NCBI RefSeq assembly: GCF_006345805.1
Contig: NC_043001.1
Span: 94,302,001 to 94,366,000 of the forward strand
Length of the DNA: 64,000 nucleotides
From: Octopus sinensis
Lineage: Eukaryota
Direction of reading: 5' to 3'
The notes beneath the pieces are model-generated. The model worked only from the letters and a program-made list of their open reading frames with translations. It was not told the DNA's origin and searched no databases. Positions 12,313 to 23,640 of the stretch are shown here, one piece after another (positions within the stretch are counted from its first letter, which is position 1; every line of letters begins with the position of its first letter). The translations under genes were made by a program, and so were the position numbers.

Positions 12313-15300
12313 TCACGGATGCTTTTTAGCAAACGCCATCTGATGCATGAGAGAGTTCGATGCAGCTGCCCTCATCTGCACCTCCTGCCGTGAAGTTGGT
12401 TCATCCGGGACACCTGACAGGAAGAGATCCAGTCCTACTTTAAAGACATCCGCATCTACACCATGCAGGTCCCTGAGGTTCTTCGGGGGGACATTGAAGA
12501 GCCGTGGGCCTCTGAAGCCCAGGCTATCACAATATCTTGTCCTACACCTTGATGGCAACTTTGGAGTCCTTGGTACCACGCAGTGGCGTCCGGTTCTGGC
12601 GTTTGTGTGACTCTCGATGCCAAAGTCTGGGACAAGACCTTCCAGGATTTTCCAGATATATATTATGGCATATCTTTCTCGCCTACGCTCCAGGGAATAG
12701 AGCTTTAATCTCTTGAGTCTCTCCCAGTAGCTCGTATGCTGCACAGAGGCTATCTTCTTTGTGTAGCTTCGTTGGATCGCCTCAAGTTCTGTGATCAACT
12801 TGACACTGGATGGTGACCATAGCTGAGAGCAATAGTCAAAGTGGCTTAGGACAAGTGTCTTCCAGAGGACCATCATGGTTTCTTGTTCTCTTGTTCTAAA
12901 GGTTCTAAGAATCCAGCCAGCCAGCCGTCTGCATTTCATTGTCAGTTTAGCAACATGTACATGAAAGGTCGCGTCATCACTCATGTGAATACCCAGGTCA
13001 CGCACTGATTGTGCCTCTGGGATTGCAATCCCTCCGGGTCCAGTGTATTCATTGGGTATTGCATTCAGTTTTGCATGCTGATAGTATAAAGCTTGAAACT
13101 TTTCAGCATTGAACTGCATGCTATTCTTTTCAGCCCACTTGTATATTTCGTCCAGCTCACATTGCAGGTGCTTAGTGTCTTCAGGGTTCTGTATTGCCTG
13201 TGAAACTTTTGTATCATCTGCATAACTTGTGATCGTGGCTCTCTGCGTGGCTGAGGGCATGTCTGAGAGGGCCATTATGAACAGTAGTGGTCCCAAAACA
13301 GTGCCCTGTGGAACACCGCTCACAATTTGCGTGCCAATGGAAGTGGCCCCATTGGCTGCTACCACCTGACTTCTATTCTTCAGAAAGTCATGAAGCCATT
13401 CTCCTAGTTTTCCAACTATGCCAAGATCACGCAGTTTGTGACATATCATTCCATGATCGACTTTATCGAAGGCCTTTGCGAAGTCGAGATATATGACTTC
13501 CACATTTGAGTGGTTGAGCAGTTGTTTCAGCACCCAGTCATAGTGCTGCAGGAGCTGAGTTAAGCAGCTTCTTCCTGGTCGGAAACCATGTTGGGTGTCA
13601 GGCAGCAAGTCATTTTCTTCAAGGAAGGTGATTAGTTTCCTTCTAACTATTCGTTCCATGACCTTGCTAATGTGTGAGGTCAGAGAGATAGGTCTGTAGT
13701 TCTTGGCCTCCGCTCTGCTACCTCCTTTATGAATAGGGCATATTTTACCTTCCTTCAGTTTTCTTAGAAGTTTGCCAGCTGCGAGGAAGCTCTGAAAGAG
13801 GAACTGCAGTGGTCTTGCTAGGACTCTCTTACATACTTTTAGGAGGATTGCCGGGAATCCATCGGGGCCAATAGCAGAGTCTCTTTTCATTTCATCTATA
13901 GCCTTTATTACGTCGTCTTCCTTTATATCGATGTAATTTATCGTCGCCGCCTCTGATTCTATATCTGCAGTGGTAAAGGAGTCAGTTGGATTGCTGATTT
14001 GGAAATGCCCAAGGGGTGGGGTGAAAACACTCTTGAATAGTTCATTCAGTATTTCACTTACCCTCAATGGTTTTCTTGTGAGTGTGCCATCCTTTTCAAG
14101 GAGTGGCCCTATCCTACAGTGCACCGTAGCTGTTTCTTTGGCATACCTGTAGAAAGCTCTGGGGTTAGTTTTTATGTTGTCTATAGCCCAGGCTTCTTTG
14201 TCTGCTCTCCCCTTCTCATGGGAGAGTTGCAGACAATTTTCAATTTCTAACAGTTTTATTTTCAGGCGGGACTTTTCACTGCTTTCAATTTGTTTGTTTA
14301 GGCGATTTGAAATTTTTGTACGCCGTCTCATTAAAATTTTCCTCTCTCTGGGGATTTTGTTCTTGTGTACAGTGGCCTTTCTCTCTGGGACACATTTGTA
14401 GCATATGGCTTGCATTACAGACATGGATTGTTGAAGTATCATGTCGATGTCCGGCCAGGAAAGACATTCAGGCCAGTTTTGTTTGAGGATCTCTTTCTCA
14501 ATTTGTTTCCAGTTTGCCTTATTGAAGTTCAAGCTGGAAAGATTCTGAGGGTTTCTTGTAGGCTGCATGTCCGTGCTCTCTTTTGGCCCGTACATGGTCA
14601 GCTCTACCATGTTGTGATCCGAGAGTAGTGTCGGTGTCACTTTCACATTATGGATGAGATCCATATTATTTGTGAAGCAGAGATCCAGTGTGTTACCTGC
14701 TCTGGTTGGTTGGAGTATTACTTGCTCCATGTACAGGGTGTTGATGAGGTTCAGGAGGGACCTCGTCTGTCCTCGTTCACATCTTGTCATTCCTGGGAGA
14801 GAAAGGCCCTCGGGCCATCTGACATTGGGTAGATTGAAGTCTCCCATGAGAAGTACACTTATGTGTTGTTCTAATGTGATTAGAACTTCTTCTATTTTTA
14901 AAAGGCAGTCCTCAAACTTGCCCATATGACTTGGGGCATCTGGAGGGCGATATGTAGCACACACAACTACATCAAGTTGCCTTATGTGTACAATTAGTGT
15001 GTCACACACCGAGTTTGAGTATGACAAAAGGACCTGGGGTGTGAGGTCCCCACGGATGTACATAGCAACTCCTCCATGACTTCTTTCTTTCCTGTCGGTC
15101 CGTAGTACAACATACTGTGGTATGTGTAATTCCGCATCTGCTATGTCCGGTTTCAGATGCGTTTCTGTGAGTGCTATGCATAAGGCTTGATTGCATGCGA
15201 CAAAGTCTCTTAGGAACGGGACTTTTGTCCTGTTACTATGTGTTAGTAGTCCTCTGATGTTCAGTAGGAGCATCGAGGTGAGGTGTATGCTGTTGCCGGC

Positions 15301-15417
15301 GGTGTCCACCCTGGGTCCATCTGCTGTGGCGGTCTTGTGAACTGTGGGCAGTTCCATCTGCGAGCCTGAGCCTGATGGAGCCAGGTTAGCTGCTGTACAA
15401 TCTTTTGTGCCATGCAC
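12313..15417 (-). CDS. LINE ORF2: apurinic-like endonuclease plus reverse transcriptase (1034 aa, uninterrupted)
   Basis: APE motifs LLNIRGL, LTETHL, GGVAMY, GDFNLP, TLDLCF and SDHN. RT motifs GFRPGRSC, YLDFAKAFDKV, GVPQGTVLGPLLF, YADD and DLGI. The C-terminal DYCSQLWSP and SLERRRER are typical of CR1-type elements. Confidence 0.97.
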   Translation of the reverse strand: MHGTKDCTAANLAPSGSGSQMELPTVHKTATADGPRVDTAGNSIHLTSMLLLNIRGLLTHSNRTKVPFLRDFVACNQALCIALTETHLKPDIADAELHIPQYVVLRTDRKERSHGGVAMYIRGDLTPQVLLSYSNSVCDTLIVHIRQLDVVVCATYRPPDAPSHMGKFEDCLLKIEEVLITLEQHISVLLMGDFNLPNVRWPEGLSLPGMTRCERGQTRSLLNLINTLYMEQVILQPTRAGNTLDLCFTNNMDLIHNVKVTPTLLSDHNMVELTMYGPKESTDMQPTRNPQNLSSLNFNKANWKQIEKEILKQNWPECLSWPDIDMILQQSMSVMQAICYKCVPERKATVHKNKIPRERKILMRRRTKISNRLNKQIESSEKSRLKIKLLEIENCLQLSHEKGRADKEAWAIDNIKTNPRAFYRYAKETATVHCRIGPLLEKDGTLTRKPLRVSEILNELFKSVFTPPLGHFQISNPTDSFTTADIESEAATINYIDIKEDDVIKAIDEMKRDSAIGPDGFPAILLKVCKRVLARPLQFLFQSFLAAGKLLRKLKEGKICPIHKGGSRAEAKNYRPISLTSHISKVMERIVRRKLITFLEENDLLPDTQHGFRPGRSCLTQLLQHYDWVLKQLLNHSNVEVIYLDFAKAFDKVDHGMICHKLRDLGIVGKLGEWLHDFLKNRSQVVAANGATSIGTQIVSGVPQGTVLGPLLFIMALSDMPSATQRATITSYADDTKVSQAIQNPEDTKHLQCELDEIYKWAEKNSMQFNAEKFQALYYQHAKLNAIPNEYTGPGGIAIPEAQSVRDLGIHMSDDATFHVHVAKLTMKCRRLAGWILRTFRTREQETMMVLWKTLVLSHFDYCSQLWSPSSVKLITELEAIQRSYTKKIASVQHTSYWERLKRLKLYSLERRRERYAIIYIWKILEGLVPDFGIESHTNARTGRHCVVPRTPKLPSRCRTRYCDSLGFRGPRLFNVPPKNLRDLHGVDADVFKVGLDLFLSGVPDEPTSRQEVQMRAAASNSLMHQMAFAKKHP

Positions 15418-16097
15418 AAAAAAGATTCCTGCTCAGCAGCTGCCTTTTCAACAACACGTTGGTGGTTTGTGGTACGCACCACGTCTGCGTACCTCCGTTT
15501 TGGGGCAGGTGATGCGTGGTCCATCCCATTTCCTTTCGGTGGTTGGTTTCTGTGGCAGGGTCCCGGATGTGCAAAGCGGCAGCCTGCACCCTCCTCTCCA
15601 TGCCGGCAGGCACCTTTCAGGTAGAACCTACATACCCGTGTGCGCTGCCCGTTTCCATCCTTTTTGGCATATGGATAGTTAGGTTTGCCTCTATCCCTGG
15701 CTGCCTTGCCCCTTGGCTTTGTCTGTGTTTTAGCTTCAGTTTTTCTTCCTTTTTTGGTTTTTTCACCTCCATGTCCATGGCTTTTGGTGCTGGTAGGAGC
15801 ATCCGCACCTGGGTTCATCTCCCGGGCAGGCCTCTCACTGGAGTTTTCTTCCTGGGCGTCTACCAGGTGGGGGTGACCCTCCTCATCAGCGCCCGCGTCT
15901 CTATCCTTGCCATCTTTACTTTGTTCGCGTTTTTCGCTGTCAAAAATGGCATCCAGCGTGTTAATGTGCGATCTGACAAGTGCGTAGGAGCGTATAAATG
16001 CTTGCTTCTTCCGCTCTATTTGAGCTGACGTCCTTTTGTATCCGTTGTTCTTCAGCGCAGCCGTAATTATATTATTTGGATTTTCTCCGTCAGCGCA
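15261..16097 (-). CDS. LINE ORF1 with a CCCH-type zinc finger
   Basis: The frame is open from 16097 to 15261 (first in-frame ATG at 15818) and contains CRFYLKGACRHGEEGAGCRFAH (C-x7-C-x8-C-x3-H). It overlaps ORF2 in a different frame. Confidence 0.75.
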   Translation of the reverse strand, partial: CADGENPNNIITAALKNNGYKRTSAQIERKKQAFIRSYALVRSHINTLDAIFDSEKREQSKDGKDRDAGADEEGHPHLVDAQEENSSERPAREMNPGADAPTSTKSHGHGGEKTKKGRKTEAKTQTKPRGKAARDRGKPNYPYAKKDGNGQRTRVCRFYLKGACRHGEEGAGCRFAHPGPCHRNQPPKGNGMDHASPAPKRRYADVVRTTNHQRVVEKAAAEQESFLCMAQKIVQQLTWLHQAQARRWNCPQFTRPPQQMDPGWTPPATAYTSPRCSY

Positions 16098-16384
16098 TTA
16101 CCATCCTCGCAGGAACCACGCCAGTTCGTCAGGTTTCCAGGTTCTGGACATTCTTGATATTTTATCTATCTATCTGTCTATCTAATTATATTATATTAAT
16201 TTATATTAATCTAATAGTGCAATAGGGGGTAGGGAGGAAGTAGAGAAAGGGAGCGTCTATGTACTTCAGGAGAAATTGGGAGCCGAGAGTAAGAGAGAAG
16301 AGGAAGAGGAGAGACTGAGAGCTGAAGGAAGAGAGAGAGAGCGTCTATGTCCTTATATGTATCCGAGAGAGGAGAGTAAGTTGG

Positions 16385-16486
16385 AAGAGAGTAATGGAGA
16401 GACAAGGAGAAGCGGGAGAGAAACTGAAGAGATAGAAGAGAGCAATGGAGAGACAAGGAGAAGCGGGAGAGAAACTGAAGAGATAG
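16385..16486. repeat. Purine-rich 51-bp tandem repeat (2 copies, plus a partial copy near 16559-16595)
   Basis: AAGAGAG(T/C)AATGGAGAGACAAGGAGAAGCGGGAGAGAAACTGAAGAGATAG occurs twice in tandem. Confidence 0.9.
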
Positions 16487-16658
16487 GGAGAGAAAGAAGA
16501 AATATAGAGAGAATTTATATATTTGAAAGAAGGGAGTAAGATAGAATGAGAGTTATGAAGAGACAAGGAGAAGCGTGAGGGAGAGAACTGAAGAGACAGA
16601 CAGAGAGAGAGAGAGAGGGGAGAATTCTAAACGAAGCTATTTTTGGGAGCCTATATAT

Positions 16659-17061
16659 ATAGGCGCAGGAGTGGCTGTGTGGTAAGTAGCTTGTTTACCA
16701 ACCACATGGTTCCGGGTTCAGTCCCTCTGCGTGGTATCTTGGGCAAGTGTCTTCTGCTATAGCCCCGGCCCGACCAATGCCTTGTGAGTGGATTTGGTAA
16801 ACGGAAACTGAAAGAAGCCGTTCGTATATATGTATATATATATATGTATGTGTGTGTTTGTGTGTCTGTGTTTATCCCCCTAGCATTGCTTGACAACCGA
16901 TGCTGATGTGTTTACGTCCCCGTAACTTAGCGGTTCGGCAAAAGAGACCGATAGAATAAGTAGTAGCCTTACAAAGAATAAGTCCCGGGGTCGATTTGCT
17001 CGACTAAAGGTGGTGCTCCAGCATGCCCGCAGTCAAATGACTGAAACAAGTAAAAGATAAA
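16659..17061 (+). mobile_element. tRNA-derived SINE, family 1, full length
   Basis: Head GGCGCAGGAGTGGCTGTGTGGTAAG...GGTTCAGTCCC, internal microsatellite, and tail GGTGGTGCTCCAGCATG-CCGCAGTCAAATGACTGAAACAAGTAAAAG. Confidence 0.93.
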
Positions 17062-17105
17062 ATATATATATATAGAGAGAGAGATAAAGAGATAGAGAGA
17101 TAGAG

Positions 17106-17138
<33 letters not shown>

Positions 17139-17218
17139 TTGATAGATAGCTAGATTGATAGATAGATAGATAGAGAGTGAGAGAGAGAGAGAGAGAGATA
17201 GACAGATAGATATATATT

Positions 17219-17262
<44 letters not shown>

Positions 17263-17299
17263 TATATATATATATATATATAGATAGATAGATAGATAT

Positions 17300-17335
<36 letters not shown>

Positions 17336-17404
17336 ATACATAGATAGATAGATACATAGATAGATAGATGAGCTACAAAATTTTATTGAAATGTGATATA
17401 TAAA

Positions 17405-17690
17405 AAAACTGTCAAACTACGTTAGCTGAAGAGACAAGTGAGGTAAACCCCACTTCGTCGAATATGTGTCGACGAAAACAGTTCTTCGTCAGCTTCATAA
17501 CACTATATATCGTGCGAGGACGAGAAATACTACACTTCTGTCCACAGAAACACTGATAACAGGGCAAGAAAAGGTATCTGGATTCTGTAATCTTTTCTGA
17601 TGAATCAGTATTCACCAATTTTCCCACTTCAGGTCGTGTTTGTCTGGAGACAATTGTGAAGCATGGGCGTAGCTCTGTGAAGACATGAGC
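17405..17690 (+). pseudogene. Tc1-like transposase remnant
   Basis: TKTVLRQLHNTIYRAR (HTH-like) and DSVIFSDESVFTNFPTSGRV (first catalytic Asp; DSVIF starts at 17581) in broken frames. Confidence 0.75.
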
Positions 17691-18689
17691 AACCTAATCG
17701 CAGATTTCTTCCCACTTAGTTGCTCCCCGTGGAAAGGTTACCAGCAACAATAATCTGATTATTTTAATTGATAATATGAATTACTTTTTGATTACGTAAC
17801 ATGGCAACATCTTGTTGTAAACACATGGAGGAATTACAACCGTGTTTCGTAGTCTGCTACCACAACAGCTCCTTTATAGGATCCAGTTAGCTCAAGACAT
17901 CATCAGGAGGAACCACGTCCGGTTTCGGCCCCTACTCCTCCAAAAGCTGCTGCAATTAGATGTCGTATTTACACCTCATCCCTCTACCTACACCAGGATC
18001 TTTTGTTTTGCAAGATAATTATTACTATACCTTCCGTCTCTATATTCCCTACTAATTTAGCAGACGGATAATTTTTATGAAATGACTATTCGGTCTGTGA
18101 AATGTAACTGTATGTGTTAAAGTGTATGCACAATCGTTTAATGATAATAATCATACTAGTTTTGCTCTGCGTTGACCAGAATTTGAAGTATTGATGTGAT
18201 ATAACAATAGATTATATGTCTATGTTACTTTACCGAACGATTTTATGTAATCATGATATGCTTTTGCCGTATGATATTTGTATTATTTCCTTTATATCCA
18301 TTTTCTTTCGCGATCTGGCTTTATCGTGTAAGACCTACAGAGAACTTTTGATGTCAGCATACAAGGTTCCTTGGTTTGTCCTATTGTCCTTATGCATGCA
18401 GTTCTTTAGTTTTTCGAGTAAATCGATTTCTTGTAATATATTTTATGGGTATATTCCTGATATTGTTACAGTTATGTACAGGATTTATGTTATTGGTTTT
18501 CTGTTTCCAATGAATATATATAAACTCCAATTTATTGCTAAATCTATTGTGGAATATTATTTGCAATTTCTTCTCGGATAGTTGCAAGCATATATATTGT
18601 ACATTCTTCAGAAGAATGATTCTATGACATACGTTTTGTATTATACAGAACAATCGCTTTTAGGAATAATAGATAATAAATTATTTCAG

Positions 18690-18831
18690 TGTATAGTGTA
18701 AACGGTAGAGGTGACTGTGCTGTATTCGAAGTGAATTTCACTAACGTATATGGAGTTGACACATGCTTCTGTACAAATAACTGGTTTCTTCATAACTTGG
18801 ATAACTGCATCTATTCATTTGGAGACGGAAG
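18690..18831 (+). CDS. Candidate internal exon (142 nt, phase 1 to 2) encoding a Cys-rich peptide
   Basis: Acceptor ttatttcag and donor AAG|gtaagt. The only open frame reads YSVNGRGDCAVFEVNFTNVYGVDTCFCTNNWFLHNLDNCIYSFGDG. No partner exons identified. Confidence 0.45.
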
Positions 18832-19888
18832 GTAAGTAAGTTGATGATTTCTGAGAATTAAACATTAAAAATGAACTTATCAAACGCTCGAACAATGTGT
18901 TGACGGGTTCCTAATTAGTACTGCTCAGTTTTTGCGACGCACCAAGTTTCGTCGGTGAAATGTTTGTTTACAAAATCTACAGGGCCTAACAACACCGATT
19001 TTTATATTGACTTTGTCTAACATAATTCCCACTACAGGCCCAGCAGGGAACAGTTAAAATAAGACCATGTAACAAAAACAAGTTTCTTCGTCTTTCTTGC
19101 GGAATATTTCAGTTTTCTCAAGCATTCATCGCACATTTATATAGGTATCCCTCCGTTTCCCGTACTCATTTATTTGACATGGTCAAAATGTAACCTACAC
19201 TGTAGGATATATGAAAGGTTTTCTGGTTCTCGGTGGGTAAATCCCTACAAAATCAAAGTTATTCGACTAAACTGTTTGTAATCCTCTCTTTTCACTCGTC
19301 AATTACCCTTTATTATAAAAATATTTACTGAAATCAAAATTTCCTTTCGACCAACATATACCAACACTTCTTTACTCTTATGATGACCTTATATACTAGT
19401 CTTATCATTGCTCTACATACATCTCCATTTCCTTCACTTCGTCTGTAGAAATGCATGTGCATTCTGAATTACAAAGAGGCCTAACCATCAGAACGTCGAA
19501 ATATCGGTGGCTTCAAATTTTGACGTTCTGGTGGTTAGGCCTCTTTCATCCGTACTGGACTCAGAGAATCGAAGCATGCTAAACAATGTGATCAGTTATC
19601 TTGTATTTTCATGGGAATGATTCGTCTTAAAAACTTTATTTGTTGGCTACGAAATAATACAGAAAATAGGTGTATATATAGTAAGAAGCAGCCAGACCAA
19701 ACGATATATATAATGTGTTTGACACTCGAACCATGTAGGCATGCACTCTCACTGGTAAATCCCATACACATCGTTGTCTGAAAACTTACACGAAACAATA
19801 TTATCATCATCCTCGTTACCATCATCATCATCATCATCATAATCATCATCATCATCATCATTCATTATTATTATTATTTATTATTATT

Positions 19889-20709
19889 CAGTAGTTTTAT
19901 TTTTATAGCGTGCTTACACTTCACTACCGAGCGCAGCTCTGTGTGCCTTGGGTATGTGCTGTGATTTGTCGTGATGCTCTGATGGTTATTGTATGGAAAG
20001 TGTTCTGCGTAGGATGTGTGCAGTGCCTAGTAGTGCAATTTAGTGTATGTTATATGTGTTTGTAAGTCCTGGTGTTTTTGTTATGTATTTGTCTGAATAT
20101 GTTTTTATCATGCCTAATGCACCTACTATGATAGGAATTGTTTCTGTTTTCAGGTTCCACATTCTAGTTACCTCTATTTCCAGGTCTTTGTATTTTGAGA
20201 GTTTCTCGATTTCTTTTAGAGACACGTTGTCATCTGCCGGTATTGATACATCAATTAGAAAGCATTTTTTTTCTTCATGATCTCTGACAACTATATCTGG
20301 TCTGTTGGCCTTAATTTCTCTATCTGTGTGTATCGGCATATCCCAGAGTATGGTTGCTTTCTCGTTTTCTGTGACCTTTTCTGGTGTGTGCCCCTACCAT
20401 CTTTTTTCTGTTGTTATTCCATAATGTTGGCATAGCTTCCAATGTATGTAGGTTTCAACTCTGTCATGTCTGTGAATATATTCCTTCTTAGCCAGGACAG
20501 GGCAGCTAGAGATAATATGATTTATTGTTTCTTGTCCATCTCCACATATTCTGCAGTTACTTGTAATATTTCTTTTCATTACATGTTTTTGGTAATTTCT
20601 GGTGGGGAGGCTTTGGTCTTGTGCTGCAATTAAAAATCCCTCTGTTTCTGCTTTTAGTCCTGAGCTTCTCAACCATTGCTGGGATTTTTCTTTGTCTATT
20701 TCTTTTGCG

Positions 20710-20712
<3 letters not shown>
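19889..20712 (-). mobile_element. 5'-truncated R4/Dong element fragment (CCHC plus RLE plus 3' UTR) in (TAA)n
   Basis: CRICGDGQETINHIISSC, RHD, RPDIVV, IDVSIP and KLSKYKDL; 3' UTR nearly identical to 49888-49985. Confidence 0.93.
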
Positions 20713-20768
<56 letters not shown>

Positions 20769-20805
20769 CATCATCATTATTACTATTATTGTTATTATTA
20801 TTATT

Positions 20806-21360
20806 GAGTGAGAGAGCAGTGTATGCCATCAAATTGACACTGGGGTAATATATACGAAGCTCAGTATACACATCAAGACCACCCGTCTGATAAGGGTACA
20901 CTAGACACATGCATCACAACCATATGTGCGCGACATGGTGATCTCATATCAAAATAAACAGTATATGACCTTGCAGGTGTGGGCCCAGTTAGAGTTTTCT
21001 TCTGGTCGAGTAACCCATCCCGCTCATAAAGTCCCTAACTAAGGGTTATTTAAGGATGTTGAACGAAACACCCATGTCTTTGGAGATGAATTATTCAAGC
21101 CCTAAATAATCCCTCTCAACACATGGCTATGATGTTCCCCACCACATCTGTTCGTTGTCAGAGATACACATATCGTCAGCCACTAACGGACATGCTCAGC
21201 TGGTTAAGGTGAAACAACTGACAAGCAAATCTGCGGTATTGAGCAGAATATTTGTTGTATCCCATCCTTTATACCAAGACAAAACAATGTACATAATAAC
21301 ACTTCCAGTCAGTTAAGATCAGAAGCTACGAGAGCCACTGAATGGTACTGCATCAGGGCA
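20806..21360 (-). mobile_element. ~555-bp non-coding element X embedded in (TAA)n
   Basis: Same termini (TGCCCTGATGCAGTACC ... CTCTCTCACTC) as the copies at 22969-23510 and 49163-49717. Confidence 0.85.
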
Positions 21361-21404
21361 ATTATTATTATTATTGTTGTTGTTGATATATTATTATTAT
21401 TATT

Positions 21405-21441
<37 letters not shown>

Positions 21442-21692
21442 TAATAATAATAATAATAATAATATTTTCACATAAAAATGCACGTGTACCCATATATACA
21501 CAGTTACAGATACGTATTTACTATAGGTATACACTACTATATACATTGTGTTTGCTTTTATATTCATATTCTATAATATGATAGTTGCAAGCATATATAT
21601 TGTACATTCTTCAGAAGAATGATTCTATGACATACGTTTTGTATTATACAGAACAATCGCTTTTAGGAATAATAGATAATAAATTATTTCAG

Positions 21693-21834
21693 TGTATAGT
21701 GTAAACGGTAGAGGTGACTGTGCTGTATTCGAAGTGAATTTCACTAACGTATATGGAGTTGACACATGCTTCTGTACAAATAACTGGTTTCTTCATAACT
21801 TGGATAACTGCATCTATTCATTTGGAGACGGAAG
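21693..21834 (+). CDS. Duplicate of the candidate Cys-rich exon
   Basis: Sequence and splice sites appear identical to 18690-18831 (offset 3003). Confidence 0.4.
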
Positions 21835-22825
21835 GTAAGTAAGTTGATGATTTCTGAGAATTAAACATTAAAAATGAACTTATCAAACGCTCGAACAATG
21901 TGTTGACGGGTTCCTAATTAGTACTGCTCAGTTTTTGCGACGCACCAAGTTTCGTCGGTGAAATGTTTGTTTACAAAATCTACAGGGCCTAACAACACCG
22001 ATTTTTATATTGACTTTGTCTAACATAATTCCCACTACAGGCCCAGCAGGGAACAGTTAAAATAAGACCATGTAACAAAAACAAGTTTCTTCGTCTTTCT
22101 TGCGGAATATTTCAGTTTTCTCAAGCATTCATCGCACATTTATATAGGTATCCCTCCGTTTCCCGTACTCATTTATTTGACATGGTCAAAATGTAACCTA
22201 CACTGTAGGATATATGAAAGGTTTTCTGGTTCTCGGTGGGTAAATCCCTACAAAATCAAAGTGATTCGGCTAAACTTTTTGTAATCCTCTCTTTTCACAC
22301 GTCAATTACCCTTTATTATCAACATATTTCCTGAAATCAAAATTTCCTTTCGACCAACATACACCAACACTTCTTTACTCCTTTGATGACCCTATATACT
22401 AGTCTTATCATCTTTGCTCTACATACATCTCCATTTCCTTCACTTCGTCTGTAGAAATGCATGTGCATTCTGAATTACAAAGAGGCCTAACCATCAGAAC
22501 GTCGAAATATCGGTGGCTTCAAATTTTGACGTTCTGGTGGTTAGGCCTCTTTCATCCGTACTGGACTCGGAGAATCGAAACATGCTAACGAATGTGATCA
22601 GTTATCCTGTATTTTCATGGGAATGATTCGTCTTAAATACTGTATTTGTTGGCTACGAAATAATACAGAAAATAGGTGAATATATAGTAAGAAGCCGCCG
22701 GACAAAACGATATATATAATGTGCTTGACACTCGAACCATGTAGGCATGCACTCTCACTGGTAAATCCCATACACATCGTAGTCAGAAAACTTACGCAAA
22801 ACAATATTATCATCATCATCATCAG

Positions 22826-22863
<38 letters not shown>

Positions 22864-22876
22864 ACATCATCATAAT

Positions 22877-22934
<58 letters not shown>

Positions 22935-22968
22935 CATCATTATTACTATTATTGTTATTATTATTATT

Positions 22969-23510
22969 GAGTGAGAGAGCAGTGTATGCCATCAAACTGA
23001 CACTGGGGTAATATATACGAAGCCCAGTATACACATGACAACCACCCGTCTGATAAGGGTACACTAGACACATGCATCACAACCATATGTGCGCGACATG
23101 GTGATTTCATATCAAAATAAACAGTACATGACCTTGCAGGTGTGGGCCCAGTTAGAGTAACCCATCCCGCTCAAAAAGTCCCTGACTAAGGGTTATTTAA
23201 GGATGTTGAACGAAACACCCATGTCTTTGGAGATGAATTATTCAAGCCCTAAATAATCCCTCTCAACACATGGCTATGATGTTCCCCACCACTTCTGTTC
23301 GTGATCAGAGATACACATATCGTCAGCCACTAACGGACATGCATGTCAGCTGGTTAAGGTGAAACAACTGACAAGCAAATCTGCGGTATTGAGCAGAATA
23401 TTTGTTGTATCCCATCCTTTATACCAAGACAAAACAATGTACGTAATAACACTTCCAGTCAGTTAAGATCAGGAGCTACGAGAGCCACTGACTGGTACTG
23501 CATCAGGGCA
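22969..23510 (-). mobile_element. Element X, copy in duplication unit B
   Basis: Near-identical to 20806-21360, with small indels. Confidence 0.85.
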
Positions 23511-23536
23511 ATTATTATTATTATTGTTGCTGTTGA

Positions 23537-23640
<104 letters not shown>

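Larger units (their letters stand above)
12227..16160 (-). mobile_element. CR1-like LINE, apparently near full length
   Basis: ORF1 and ORF2 (APE-RT), short 3' UTR with a stem-loop, and an (AAAATC)n tail at 12227-12246. The 5' boundary is approximate; no TSD seen. Confidence 0.92.

Noticed and set aside
15516-16028. Plus-strand ORFs overlapping the LINE (also 12347-15624)
   Set aside because: Antisense shadows of GC-rich LINE coding sequence.
17825-17935. Minus-strand CTGATGA ... GAAAC with a short direct repeat
   Set aside because: Stem II pairs poorly and stem I has no complement.
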